From positions 8,984 through 72,983 of the IMG/VR virus record IMGVR_UViG_3300042934_000519: 64,000 bases of DNA, one strand, 5' to 3'. The position numbers and the translations under genes are program-made. Each line of letters begins with the position of its first letter. Within the stretch, counting starts at the first letter, position 1. Under the pieces are notes generated by a model. It saw nothing but the letters and a program-made list of their open reading frames with translations. It had not been told where the DNA came from and made no database searches. Below are positions 63,717 through 64,000 of the stretch, one piece after another. The stretch is from a virus.

Positions 63717-64000
63717 TTACCCCGCGGGGTTCGTGACAGCGCCGCCGCCTGTTTTACGACTGGCTACGCCACTTGGGTTAGTGAGCGACATGAACGTGGT
63801 GGTGCTGGTGTTCGTGCCGAGCAACGGTTGAACTGCACCGACTTCCAGAGAGAAGTCGAACCCTTTGCTGTTATAGACCAGCTCGTAGTGGCCGGAGATG
63901 ATCGCAGCAATCTGGCACGCCACGACTTCAGAGAAGCTGACGTTACCGGCTGGGGTGTTCACGAGCACGTCGGCATCGATACCGGTGCAGAAGCCGAACT
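63717..64000 (-). CDS. 3' part of probable virion structural protein (partial)
   Basis: Reading frame is open to the window edge (..FGFCTGIDADV..EVGAVQPLL..). Confidence 0.6.
   Translation of the reverse strand, partial: FGFCTGIDADVLVNTPAGNVSFSEVVACQIAAIISGHYELVYNSKGFDFSLEVGAVQPLLGTNTSTTTFMSLTNPSGVASRKTGGGAVTNPAG

Noticed and set aside
1-64000. Reverse transcriptase, transposase or integrase genes
   Set aside because: No catalytic motifs for these recognised in any ORF

Overview
This 64-kb window comes from a phiKZ-like (Chimalliviridae-type) jumbo phage. The host is probably a fluorescent Pseudomonas, judging by the AmrZ-like and Pseudomonas-type Dcd genes. Core genes are a DnaB-like helicase, the major capsid protein, an nvRNAP beta-type subunit, RuvC, a SF2 helicase, NAD-dependent ligase, DHFR, an RNR large subunit, dCTP deaminase, spanins and tail-fibre/virion proteins. 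They are interspersed with many accessory ORFs. The most notable unexplained structures are non-coding. (1) Two long, densely base-paired intergenic regions (about 22.81-23.65 kb and 37.26-37.69 kb) each start at a TATG late-promoter motif, end at a phage terminator and share a 5' motif. They are candidate novel phage ncRNAs. (2) Three early-gene cassettes carry unrelated cargo but share a near-identical ~90-bp promoter/leader at the left end and a near-identical terminator at the right end. One carries an AmrZ mimic and another a run of tiny membrane proteins. (3) A TATGCCG motif follows most terminator hairpins in a strand-oriented way. All assignments come from reading motifs by eye; no database searches or folding programs were run.
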